Of a DNA stretch of 15,126 nt, positions 1-7,978 are shown in pieces. Below the pieces are notes generated by a model that saw only the letters and a list, made by a program, of their open reading frames with translations, ran no database searches and was not told the DNA's origin. The position numbers were made by a program, and so were the translations under genes. Source of the DNA: an archaeon (GTDB lineage: Archaea; Iainarchaeota; Iainarchaeia; Iainarchaeales; JAAZKV01). Positions within the stretch are counted from its first letter, which is position 1; every line of letters begins with the position of its first letter. Location: assembly GCA_036170245.1 (NCBI GenBank), contig JAVHOV010000015.1:1-15126 (forward strand). The letters are read 5' to 3'.

Positions 1-81
1 ACGAAACATAAAAATTAAGCTTTGGATACAAACCAAATAGGATTTCTACAGAACCTAAATTGGGTTTTATTGACTTTTTTG

Positions 82-915
82 TTAATTGAGATTAACTTTT
101 CTATCCATTGCTAAAGCAATTTTTTTTATTTCTTTAATAAACTCTGGAATTTCTTTTGCATTTATTTGTTGATCCTTGTCAGTTAATGCAATTTCTGGAT
201 TAATATGTGTTTCAACAATTAATCCGTCTGCTCCTGCGGCAATTTGTGCTCGTGCTAGGGGGAGAACAAGTTCTCTTTTTCCTGCTGGGTGGCTTGGATC
301 TGCAATTATTGGTAAATTTGTTAGAGTTTTTAGTATTGGAATTGATAATGCATCAAAACAGAATCTTTCTTCAGTTTCGAAACTTCTTATTCCTCTTTCG
401 CACAAAATTACATTAGGGTTCCCGCTAGAGAGAATATATTCCGCTGCCCCCAAATATTCTTCAATAGTTGCACTCATCCCATTTTTTAGTATTACTGGGT
501 TTGTTACTTTTCCCATTTCTTTTAGCAAATCAAAATTCTGCATGTTTCTTGCCCCAACTCTTAGGATATCAACTTTTTCGCTGGCAATTTTTACCATTCG
601 TGGATCCATTACTTCTGTTTCAGTAATTAAATTATATTTTTCTCCAATTTCTGCGAGCATATCAAGTCCCTTTTCCCCTAGGCCCTGGAATGAATAAGGG
701 TATGTTCTTGCTTTGAATGCACATGCTCTAAATATTTTTACTCCTGCTTCTTTTACTTTGTTAGCAGTTTCTTCTAGTTGTTCTTTTGATTCAATTGCAC
801 AAGGGCCCATGATTAGTTGTATTTCATTTGGTCCGAAAGTTACTCCTTTTATTTTGACCTCTAACTTTTTAGGATTGAATTGTAGTGAAGAGAGTTTGAA
901 GTTTTCGTGTTTCAT
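82..915 (-). CDS. aroF: 3-deoxy-D-arabino-heptulosonate 7-phosphate (DAHP) synthase, type I-beta, catalytic barrel only
   Basis: 277 aa with family motifs GPCAIES, FKARTYPYSFQGLG, GARNMQNF, LCERGIRSFE, DPSHPAG and ETHINPEIALTD. No N-terminal ACT or chorismate mutase regulatory domain. Confidence 0.9.
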   Translation of the reverse strand: MKHENFKLSSLQFNPKKLEVKIKGVTFGPNEIQLIMGPCAIESKEQLEETANKVKEAGVKIFRACAFKARTYPYSFQGLGEKGLDMLAEIGEKYNLITETEVMDPRMVKIASEKVDILRVGARNMQNFDLLKEMGKVTNPVILKNGMSATIEEYLGAAEYILSSGNPNVILCERGIRSFETEERFCFDALSIPILKTLTNLPIIADPSHPAGKRELVLPLARAQIAAGADGLIVETHINPEIALTDKDQQINAKEIPEFIKEIKKIALAMDRKVNLN

Positions 916-933
916 AATTAAATTATATTAGGG

Positions 934-946
934 TTAATTAAAAAAC
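934..946 (-). promoter_or_regulatory. Putative archaeal TATA box for the DAHP synthase gene
   Basis: Minus strand reads TTTTTTAATTAAC about 20-30 nt upstream of the ATG at 915, with no obvious SD, suggesting a leaderless or short-leader transcript. Confidence 0.4.
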
Positions 947-978
947 CTGTTAGTGAATTAAAAATTTGTTTTTTTAAT

Positions 979-2037
979 TTATGCGCCTGTGAATCCGCCA
1001 AGTAGTCCGCCGATTCCTGCTGAAAATATTACAAAGAGTATTAGTCCTGCTCCTGCCATTAGAGGTACAAATTTTAGCCCGTCTCTTATTCTTCCTCCTC
1101 CAAGGAGTCCAATGAAGATACTTGCAAGGAATGAATTAATTATTACTATTCCATAACTTACAGTAGTCATAAATGCTGGAGTAATACTTATTCCTCCTGA
1201 TGCAAATGATGGGCCTCCTGCAATTGCTGTATCAGTTGAGCCTCCTCCAAATGAAGCTGTTTGGGTTTGGATTGATCCTAAGATATTCAAGAATTGCACA
1301 CTTACTGCTAGAAGCATTGGGGAAGCTATTACTACCACAAAGAGAATAAACATAGTGTACATTTTTGTTGAAGTGATTAGTTCAGATTTTAATTTATTTG
1401 TCTGCTTAATATCTGATGCAGTTGTTTCAATTAACTGTGCCAAGTGTCCCCCGCTTCTCAATGCTTGTGCAAAGAATTTTGTAGTATCGCTTAAAACTTT
1501 GGAATCAATTCTTAACCCTATTTCTTTTAGTGCATCAGAGAATGATTCTACTCCTAGACTTTTTTGAGTAGCAATTTTTATTTCTTCACTAAGTGGTCCA
1601 AATTCAGGTCTTACTGCTGAGCGGAACGCATAAAATGGACTCATTCCACTTTTCAAATTGTTTCCTACAAGATAAAGAAAATCAGGCAAAATATTTTCAA
1701 CCATTTTTTTTCTTCCATCAATTACATATGAAATGTGTAAATAAAATAAAATTAAAGTTAATACAAAAAATCCAAATCCTAATCCAATCATTACTCCAAT
1801 TGCCATTAATCCTTCAAAATATATTTCAGTTCCGAATATTATATTGATTAGAGGGATTAAACTGAATGGGATCAAAAATCCTATTGCCCCAAGTAATGTT
1901 GCAATAAATAGTCTCAATCCGGCCCACTTTTTTGGATCATCTCTTGAACCTGCGTAAGTTAAAGCAGTTTTTATTTTTGTATCAACCATTTTCTTTGGAA
2001 TGATTAGTGAAAATATCATTGAAGCTCTTTCAAACAT
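979..2037 (-). CDS. Type II secretion system F (GspF/TadC/FlaJ-like) membrane platform protein of an archaeal type IV pilus system
   Basis: 352 aa. N-terminal TM helices, T2SSF-like segment VENILPDFLYLVGNNLKSGMSPFYAF...EFGPLSEEI...ALRSGGHLAQLIE, then C-terminal TM helices. Start overlaps the upstream stop (TAATG). Confidence 0.9.
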   Translation of the reverse strand: MFERASMIFSLIIPKKMVDTKIKTALTYAGSRDDPKKWAGLRLFIATLLGAIGFLIPFSLIPLINIIFGTEIYFEGLMAIGVMIGLGFGFFVLTLILFYLHISYVIDGRKKMVENILPDFLYLVGNNLKSGMSPFYAFRSAVRPEFGPLSEEIKIATQKSLGVESFSDALKEIGLRIDSKVLSDTTKFFAQALRSGGHLAQLIETTASDIKQTNKLKSELITSTKMYTMFILFVVVIASPMLLAVSVQFLNILGSIQTQTASFGGGSTDTAIAGGPSFASGGISITPAFMTTVSYGIVIINSFLASIFIGLLGGGRIRDGLKFVPLMAGAGLILFVIFSAGIGGLLGGFTGA

Positions 2038-2939
2038 TATTTCACAACCTTTGGAACTTTTGATCTGATTAAGAGTATCATAGCCATTTGAATTGCTATT
2101 GAAAGTAATACTATTAGTATTACCGCTTCAGGGCCTATTCCGCTTCCTCCAATTGAGGATGCGATTACTAAGAAAGTTATTCCTAAAGAGGGCATTGCTG
2201 CTGCAATTATTAAGTAAACTAAAGTCCATAAGTTAAGTTCTGCTGCATATGATTTGATTGAATCCATTTGCTGTGATACAAGTGTATCAACTTGTGAATT
2301 AAGTGCATTAACTATTGAGCCCCCGCTTCTTAGGGTTGTGATTACCTGCCACGCAGTTTTTTTTAGTACTTCTGATTTTGTTCGAAATGCAAGTTTTTCT
2401 AGGGCTTCAGTCTCTCCCATTCCTGAGTTAATATCTCTTATTACTAAACTGAATTCTGTTGATACTTGTCCGTAATTTGATTTTGAAATGTTTTTCATTG
2501 CATCAAATAAACTTAGTCCTGAACTTAATTGGATTAGCATTGTTCTTAGTGCAAACAATAAATCCTGGTCAACGAGTCCTGCAAGTTGAAATGAAGCAAG
2601 TTTAGGAAAAATTAAATGAAATATCAGCATTCCGAAAAATGAACTTATGCTGAGTATAAACATTAAAGTTATTGTCATTGCCCCGATTTCTTTTGTGAGT
2701 ATTGCTCCAAAAGCCATTCCTACAAATAGAAACATTATTGAGTATATTCCTGCAGAAATAAGGGATGCGAGGCAGTATCTCTCTACATCAATAGTTATTT
2801 CAGCTTTCTGCAAATCATATTTTAATGAAAAAATTAGTTTTGAAAGAAATCTTCCAATAAATAAATATTTCTCGCTGAATCGTTTTGCGTTTTCAAGCGG
2901 GTAGAGCATCATTGTTGGAGTAATGGTTTTGTCAGGCAT
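2037..2939 (-). CDS. Type II secretion system F (GspF/TadB/FlaJ-like) membrane platform protein
   Basis: 300 aa with VDQDLLFALRTMLIQLSSGLSLFDAM...YGQVSTEF...INSG...EALE...LRSGGSIVNAL and flanking TM helices. Starts 1 nt after the ATPase stop. Confidence 0.9.
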   Translation of the reverse strand: MPDKTITPTMMLYPLENAKRFSEKYLFIGRFLSKLIFSLKYDLQKAEITIDVERYCLASLISAGIYSIMFLFVGMAFGAILTKEIGAMTITLMFILSISSFFGMLIFHLIFPKLASFQLAGLVDQDLLFALRTMLIQLSSGLSLFDAMKNISKSNYGQVSTEFSLVIRDINSGMGETEALEKLAFRTKSEVLKKTAWQVITTLRSGGSIVNALNSQVDTLVSQQMDSIKSYAAELNLWTLVYLIIAAAMPSLGITFLVIASSIGGSGIGPEAVILIVLLSIAIQMAMILLIRSKVPKVVK

Positions 2940-2940
2940 T

Positions 2941-5466
2941 TTACTTCACCACATTTTCTTCATTTGGCTTTTGATTTGGTTGCATTAATTCTAATATTCT
3001 CTCAATAGATACATTTTCAGTAGCCATTTTCTTTAATTTTGCTGGATCTGCGTAAAAGATTTTCATCAAGAATCCTATTGTATCAAGTTCAGTAATGTTT
3101 TGTCTTCTCATCCAATCCAAAATTATTTGTCTGTCTGCAATTTCTTTGTTGATATCTTCTTCAGTCATTCCTGTGTGCAGATTTAGTAGAGTAATTAACT
3201 TATTTGGCTTGTTTAATTTTTCCCAGGAATCTGTTCTTGGAGTCCATTTGTATACAGTGTTGATTTGAAGTCCTTGCCCGCTTGAAGTTTGTTCAACTTC
3301 AGCAATTTCGTAAGTTCTTCTCTTATTTGTTTTTCTATCTCTGTATTGTACTACAATTAAATCAATTAATTCAATCTGCATTAGGGGGATACTCATTGGA
3401 GGTTCTGCTAATCTACGTAAAACCTGGTAACCTGAGTTTGCGTGGATTGTTGAGTAAATACTGTGTCCTGTTTCAATTGCTTCCATTAGTACTTCTGCTT
3501 CTTTCTTTCTTCTCATTTCTCCTACAATTATTCTGTCAGGTCTCATTCTCAAACTTGTTACCATTAAGTCAAGCATTGTTACTTCTCCAAGTCCTTCAGG
3601 GTTTGGAGAGCGAGTAACAAGTGGTATCCAGTTCCAATCAAGGTATGTTGGTAAAATTATTTCTCGAACATCTTCAATTGAAATTATTCTATGATAAGTT
3701 GGTACAAGTGCAAGCATTGAATTTAATGCAGAAGTTTTTCCGCTTGCAGTTCCTCCTGCAATTACTATATTCATTTCGTACTGCATTGCAAGCCATAAGG
3801 TTGCAGCCATCTCTGAACTCATTGTGTGTGCTTTTCCAATAAAGTCAATAATAGTCCAAGGTTTTCTTGCAAATCTTCTGATTGTAATTGTGTTTCCTTC
3901 TGAAGAGATTGGGAAGAGTGTTGCATTTACTCTGTCACCCGATAATAAGTGTGCATCAAGTATTGGATTTAGGATTGTAATTTCTCTTCCTACTTTTCTT
4001 CCGATTTGTGATGAGAAGTTATTGATTTCTTCTTCTCCTCCAGGCATGAGGTTGGTTTTCAGCCATCCATGTACTCTGTGGTAAACTGTAATTGGTGTTT
4101 TTGCTGAGTTGATTCCTACTTCTTCAAGCATATCATCTCCCATCAAAATTTCGATATCCCCTAGTCCATACATTTCGTGCAATAATACTCCTGAAAGCAT
4201 TCTTAGCATTTCGATTGGGGACTCTGGGAAATATTTTTTTAGGTGAGCGCTTAGTTCTGTAAAAAATCTGTCTTTGAGAACTTTTGATTTTTTTGGATCA
4301 GTTATTTCTTCTAGTTCAATTGGCATAGTTTCTGTCACTTCATCTTTTATGAATGGTAAAAATCTTCTAGTGTATTTTCCAATTGAAGGCATTTCTATTG
4401 TGTATACAGGTCTTGCTTCGTCAGCTGAAAGAATTACTGAAATTTTTGCGGGTACATTATCTACCTCAATAGTGTAAGTGTCAAGTACTTCCCCTTTTGG
4501 TATTTGAGTTAGTTTTGAACTAACTTGATTTTTCAAAATAATCATTGGTTTTTTTGTCAAGCTTGCGGGGTAATTAATTTCAATTATTCCTTCTTCTTCA
4601 AAAGGTTTAGTTATTTGTTCAACCATTGTTTCGCTTATTTTTGTGTAGTTCGCTACTTCTCCGACATCAATTTTTCCGTATCTTTCAAGCAAATCAAATA
4701 TATCATCAATTGGTGTTCTAAGTGTTGTAGCTTTGTCAAGTTCTTTTTGTTCTTCAAGATTTTTTTTAGTTTTTGAGAATGAAGTTTCTTTCGTGTCCTC
4801 TTTTTCATTTTCTTCAAAATCATTTTCTTTTGGTTCTTCTATTTTTGGTTGGTTCATCCAATTAAAGAAACTGTCTTTTGCTTCAGCAGTTTTTGACTGC
4901 TGTCCTTCTATTGTAATAATTTCTTTTTCATTTTGATTAACTTTTTCTGATTTTTCCTGGATCAATGCTTTTGTTACTGATACAGTTTCAATAGTGCCGG
5001 TGTTTTGGTTAGTTGTTGTTTCTTTTAGTTCTTGAGTAATTTTTGGAGTAGAATAATTTTTTGATGAAATTGTTTTGGTTGTCTTATCTTCTTTAATCTC
5101 GTTTAAACTTGAAGTTTTACTCATTAGTTTTTCAAAAGCACTTGTCTGAGAATCTTGTTTTTTTGAAATTGTAAAAGCTTCATTCTGTTGTGATTTTGGG
5201 GGGGTAAGTTCTTTTGGAACTGCATAATCTTTATTAATTTCTATTTCTTTGGCAGATGTTATTTGGGTAAATATTTTCTGCTCTTCTTTGAATGTACTAA
5301 TATCATTTTTAACTTCCTTTGAAGGAATTGAGTTTGGGTTTTGCTGCGTTTTAATGGTTTCTCTCTTTAATTCTTCTTTTTTGATATCAGTTCCCAAAGT
5401 AAGTTTTTTTAGTTCGTCCAAAGCGGGGCTTTGTTTTTCTTTATTGTCTTTAAATAAAAAACCCAT
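2941..5466 (-). CDS. Type II/IV secretion (VirB11/CpaF/FlaI-like) pilus assembly ATPase with a long N-terminal extension
   Basis: 841 aa. Walker A GGTASGKT (about 3733-3756), Asp box ISIEDVREI, Walker B LRMRPDRIIVGEMR, His box TGHSIYSTIHA. SD-like AAGGGG lies upstream of the ATG. Confidence 0.93.
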   Translation of the reverse strand: MGFLFKDNKEKQSPALDELKKLTLGTDIKKEELKRETIKTQQNPNSIPSKEVKNDISTFKEEQKIFTQITSAKEIEINKDYAVPKELTPPKSQQNEAFTISKKQDSQTSAFEKLMSKTSSLNEIKEDKTTKTISSKNYSTPKITQELKETTTNQNTGTIETVSVTKALIQEKSEKVNQNEKEIITIEGQQSKTAEAKDSFFNWMNQPKIEEPKENDFEENEKEDTKETSFSKTKKNLEEQKELDKATTLRTPIDDIFDLLERYGKIDVGEVANYTKISETMVEQITKPFEEEGIIEINYPASLTKKPMIILKNQVSSKLTQIPKGEVLDTYTIEVDNVPAKISVILSADEARPVYTIEMPSIGKYTRRFLPFIKDEVTETMPIELEEITDPKKSKVLKDRFFTELSAHLKKYFPESPIEMLRMLSGVLLHEMYGLGDIEILMGDDMLEEVGINSAKTPITVYHRVHGWLKTNLMPGGEEEINNFSSQIGRKVGREITILNPILDAHLLSGDRVNATLFPISSEGNTITIRRFARKPWTIIDFIGKAHTMSSEMAATLWLAMQYEMNIVIAGGTASGKTSALNSMLALVPTYHRIISIEDVREIILPTYLDWNWIPLVTRSPNPEGLGEVTMLDLMVTSLRMRPDRIIVGEMRRKKEAEVLMEAIETGHSIYSTIHANSGYQVLRRLAEPPMSIPLMQIELIDLIVVQYRDRKTNKRRTYEIAEVEQTSSGQGLQINTVYKWTPRTDSWEKLNKPNKLITLLNLHTGMTEEDINKEIADRQIILDWMRRQNITELDTIGFLMKIFYADPAKLKKMATENVSIERILELMQPNQKPNEENVVK

Positions 5467-5504
5467 TTTTTTAGCCCCTTGAAAGTTCTAAATTAATAGT
5501 TCTT

Positions 5505-5520
5505 TCTTATTTATAAAGAT
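5505..5520 (-). promoter_or_regulatory. Putative TATA box for the pilus ATPase operon
   Basis: Minus strand reads ATCTTTATAAATAAGA about 40-55 nt upstream of the ATG at 5466, leaving room for the SD-containing leader. Confidence 0.5.
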
Positions 5521-5556
5521 GGCTTTGGGTGGGCTAAAACATTTTTTTTAAGTATT

Positions 5557-5582
5557 TTTTTCCATTATTTTTCCATTATTTT
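5557..5582. repeat. 11-bp tandem direct repeat (TTTTTCCATTA x2 plus a partial copy) in the divergent intergenic region
   Basis: Copies at 5557-5567 and 5568-5578, followed by TTTT. Confidence 0.6.
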
Positions 5583-5640
5583 GATAATTTTTTGGGGTTC
5601 TTGAAAGACTTTAATAATAAGTTAGTTCCTTAGTTTTGGC

Positions 5641-6318
5641 ATGGGTAGTGGATTTTCTCTTACTGATGAGCAAATGAAGGCTTTTGAGGAAATATTGTCA
5701 AAAAAGGATATTTTTTCTTCTCACTTAACTACGCAGGAAGCTAAGTATGATGCTTTTCGTGCTCTTGGGGGGTATGAAAAAGTTTTGGCAGATGTTAAGA
5801 CAAAACTTCCTCTTAGTTTTAGCGGGCAGGCACTTATTGGATGTGATTCTTCCAATTTAATGGATATTTTTATTGCAATGGTGAAATTTTCTATTCAATC
5901 AGGACGTGTTCCTGTTATTGTTTTGTTCATGAATAATTATTTATCTGTAAAAAAGAGGCTTAGTGAAGAAGGCATTATGGATAAGTGTTTTATTATAGAT
6001 GCTGTATCAAAAAGTATTTCTCCTGTTAAAGAAGAGGATAGTCTTTTTTTTGCGGATTCTTTAAGAAATTTGACTCAGATTCAAATAAAACTTCTTAATA
6101 TTCTTTCAAGTGAAAAGAATTTGGCTGTTGTGATTGACTCAGTTTCTGTGCTGAATTATTATCACGATGATGATATTGTATTCAAGTTTATTTATTCCCT
6201 AACCAAACTTGTGAGAAAAACAGGGTCAAGCGGATTTTATATAAGCACTGATTTACAAATATCTCAAAAAGTTGGACAATTCTTTGATGAGTACCTTGAA
6301 TTAAAAAAATATTTGTAA
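5641..6318 (+). CDS. Degenerate RecA/KaiC-fold protein with no Walker A
   Basis: 225 aa with an alternating alpha/beta pattern, FIIDAVSK and Walker-B-like AVVIDSVSVL, ending VGQFFDEYLEL as in archaeal KaiC-like small proteins. No GxxxxGK[ST]. TATA-like CTTTAATAA at about 5609-5617. Confidence 0.6.
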   Translation: MGSGFSLTDEQMKAFEEILSKKDIFSSHLTTQEAKYDAFRALGGYEKVLADVKTKLPLSFSGQALIGCDSSNLMDIFIAMVKFSIQSGRVPVIVLFMNNYLSVKKRLSEEGIMDKCFIIDAVSKSISPVKEEDSLFFADSLRNLTQIQIKLLNILSSEKNLAVVIDSVSVLNYYHDDDIVFKFIYSLTKLVRKTGSSGFYISTDLQISQKVGQFFDEYLELKKYL

Positions 6319-6394
6319 TCTGTTAAAGTTTAAGTTGAAAAATAAAATTAACTCGTTAATATAATTTTAAATACTCCTTTTGTGTATTCATTGC

Positions 6395-7105
6395 ATGGTT
6401 TTTGTTTCTAGAAAAATAGTGTACCCATTTTTCTTGGTAGTTTTTTTTTTGTTCCTTTTTGGGATAATTTACATTTCAATTTTATCAAGTTCGTTATTGG
6501 TGAATGATCCTTCTGTTTCAATTGTTGGGGATAAAATAGTTCTAAAAATGCAGATTGAAAATCGATCCAATCATGAAATTAGCGGGATAAATGTTTTGGT
6601 AAAAAATGGGGTTATTGAAAGAGGATTTTTCATTAAAGGTTCAATTGAAAATTCTTCTCTTGCAGCAGGTGAAAAATATGATTTTGTTGCGGCAATTCCT
6701 CTTGGAGAGGGCTTGAATTATTCTATTGAACTAAAATCTTTGCTTAATAAATCAGTTTTCTTGAATTTTGAATTGGATAAATCAACAACTGATCCTGTAA
6801 AAGCAGAGGTTGCTTTGCCTTTGAAATTAATTGTTGGGCAAGAATATACTTATCCTGTTAAATTGTGCAATCAGTCAAATAATGATTTAAGTGAAGTTAC
6901 TTGGGTTCCTAATGCGCAACCAGGCGACTTTAAAGAAACTTTTTATGAGCAAGTTATTAGTATTAAAAAATCCGGCTGCGAAACATTATATTCTACTTTG
7001 ACGCCTAATAGAGTGGGTAGTTTAGGATTATCTTTCTTAATGAAGATTGGTTCAATTGAAAAGAGGACTGCAGTAGTGCTTGAAGTAGTTGATAAAAATA
7101 GTTAA
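6395..7105 (+). CDS. Hypothetical membrane-anchored extracellular protein with probable Ig-like beta-sandwich domains
   Basis: ATG at 6395 preferred over TTG at 6380 because TATA-like TTTTAAATA lies at about 6365-6373. N-terminal hydrophobic helix, then two beta-rich segments (LKMQIENRSNHEISGINVLV...SLAAGEKYDF and YPVKLCNQSNNDLSEVTW...SIKKSGCETL). Confidence 0.65.
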   Translation: MVFVSRKIVYPFFLVVFFLFLFGIIYISILSSSLLVNDPSVSIVGDKIVLKMQIENRSNHEISGINVLVKNGVIERGFFIKGSIENSSLAAGEKYDFVAAIPLGEGLNYSIELKSLLNKSVFLNFELDKSTTDPVKAEVALPLKLIVGQEYTYPVKLCNQSNNDLSEVTWVPNAQPGDFKETFYEQVISIKKSGCETLYSTLTPNRVGSLGLSFLMKIGSIEKRTAVVLEVVDKNS

Positions 7106-7136
7106 TTGTTGAATTATTTTGTGAGTGTGTAAAAAA

Positions 7137-7784
7137 ATGGCAAATCAAGAATCAATTATTGATATTATTCAAAGAATGGTTCAGGAAGGTCAGCCTCAGG
7201 AAAAAATAATTCAGACTCTTCATGATCTTGGGGTCAATGATGAACAGGCAAAAAGATTATTGATGATTGCTGAAGCAGATACTTTCACGTTGTTAAAAAA
7301 AGAAATCAATTCAATGGTGAAAGAAGAGATTTTTTCCCAAAAAAAGGGCTTTGAAGATATAATTCACGCTGATATTAAATCAATTGAAGATGAAGAAAAA
7401 TCTAATGTCACAGATCTTGCAAGAAATCAATTGAAGGGAGTTGAAGAGGATATAGTTGCTTCAACTAAATTATTTGAAGGCAGAGTAAATAAAGTAATTG
7501 ATGAGTCCCAGCGATCTGTTTCACTTGTTAAAGTAGCACTTGATTCACTTAATTCAAGACTTGCTCAAATGGAACTTGATGTAGAGCAAATTAAAGTTCA
7601 TAAATTCAGAAAAAAATCTATGTTTTTTTCTTATGCGACGCTTGCTCTTGGGGCAATAACTCTTCTTGTTTCAATAGGCTTGTTTTTGTTTAACTTTGCT
7701 TTGCTTGATATGGCTCAAATTGTCACTATTTGTATTCTAATTCTGGCAAGTGTTGTTTTAATGTTTGCTTCAATCATTGGATAA
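7137..7784 (+). CDS. Hypothetical coiled-coil protein with two C-terminal transmembrane helices
   Basis: ATG at 7137 preferred. Small N-terminal helical domain, a long charged heptad-like region, a basic patch (KVHKFRKK), then two hydrophobic helices. Confidence 0.7.
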   Translation: MANQESIIDIIQRMVQEGQPQEKIIQTLHDLGVNDEQAKRLLMIAEADTFTLLKKEINSMVKEEIFSQKKGFEDIIHADIKSIEDEEKSNVTDLARNQLKGVEEDIVASTKLFEGRVNKVIDESQRSVSLVKVALDSLNSRLAQMELDVEQIKVHKFRKKSMFFSYATLALGAITLLVSIGLFLFNFALLDMAQIVTICILILASVVLMFASIIG

Positions 7785-7785
7785 G

Positions 7786-7809
7786 TTCAAAAATCTTTTA
7801 CTTTTTGAA
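7786..7809 (+). terminator. Possible AT-rich hairpin terminator
   Basis: TTCAAAAA (7786-7793) and TTTTTGAA (7802-7809) form an inverted repeat immediately after the stop codon. Confidence 0.3.
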
Positions 7810-7978
7810 AAATCAAGGGTTTTTAAAGAAAATTAGAAAATATAATGGTTAATGCCTTTTTTTGTATTTTTTAACAAAAAAACTCATTTTTATTAGTGTC
7901 CAATGCTTTTTAATTGTTTTTAATAGAGTTTTATTTATTAGCACAAGTGGGTTAACAATTTAGGGGATAGTGGGTAAT

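Noticed and set aside
1..81. Possible partial gene at the left edge
   Set aside because: All three plus frames stop within 40 nt, and the one open minus frame has no convincing start or recognisable motif. Nothing can be supported.
176..931. Plus-strand ORFs 176-697, 207-416 and 713-931
   Set aside because: Antisense shadows of the DAHP synthase gene with no motifs.
1355..5482. Numerous 67-111 aa plus-strand ORFs
   Set aside because: All lie antisense to the well-supported pilus operon, with F/S/I-rich composition typical of reverse-complement frames.
5641..6318. Calling this ORF KaiC or ArlH/FlaH
   Set aside because: No Walker A motif, so only a degenerate fold-level resemblance is supportable.
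6395..6500. Possible prepilin class III signal peptide
   Set aside because: No [KR][GA]-then-hydrophobic cleavage motif before the hydrophobic helix (SRKIVYPFF). It looks like a plain membrane anchor.
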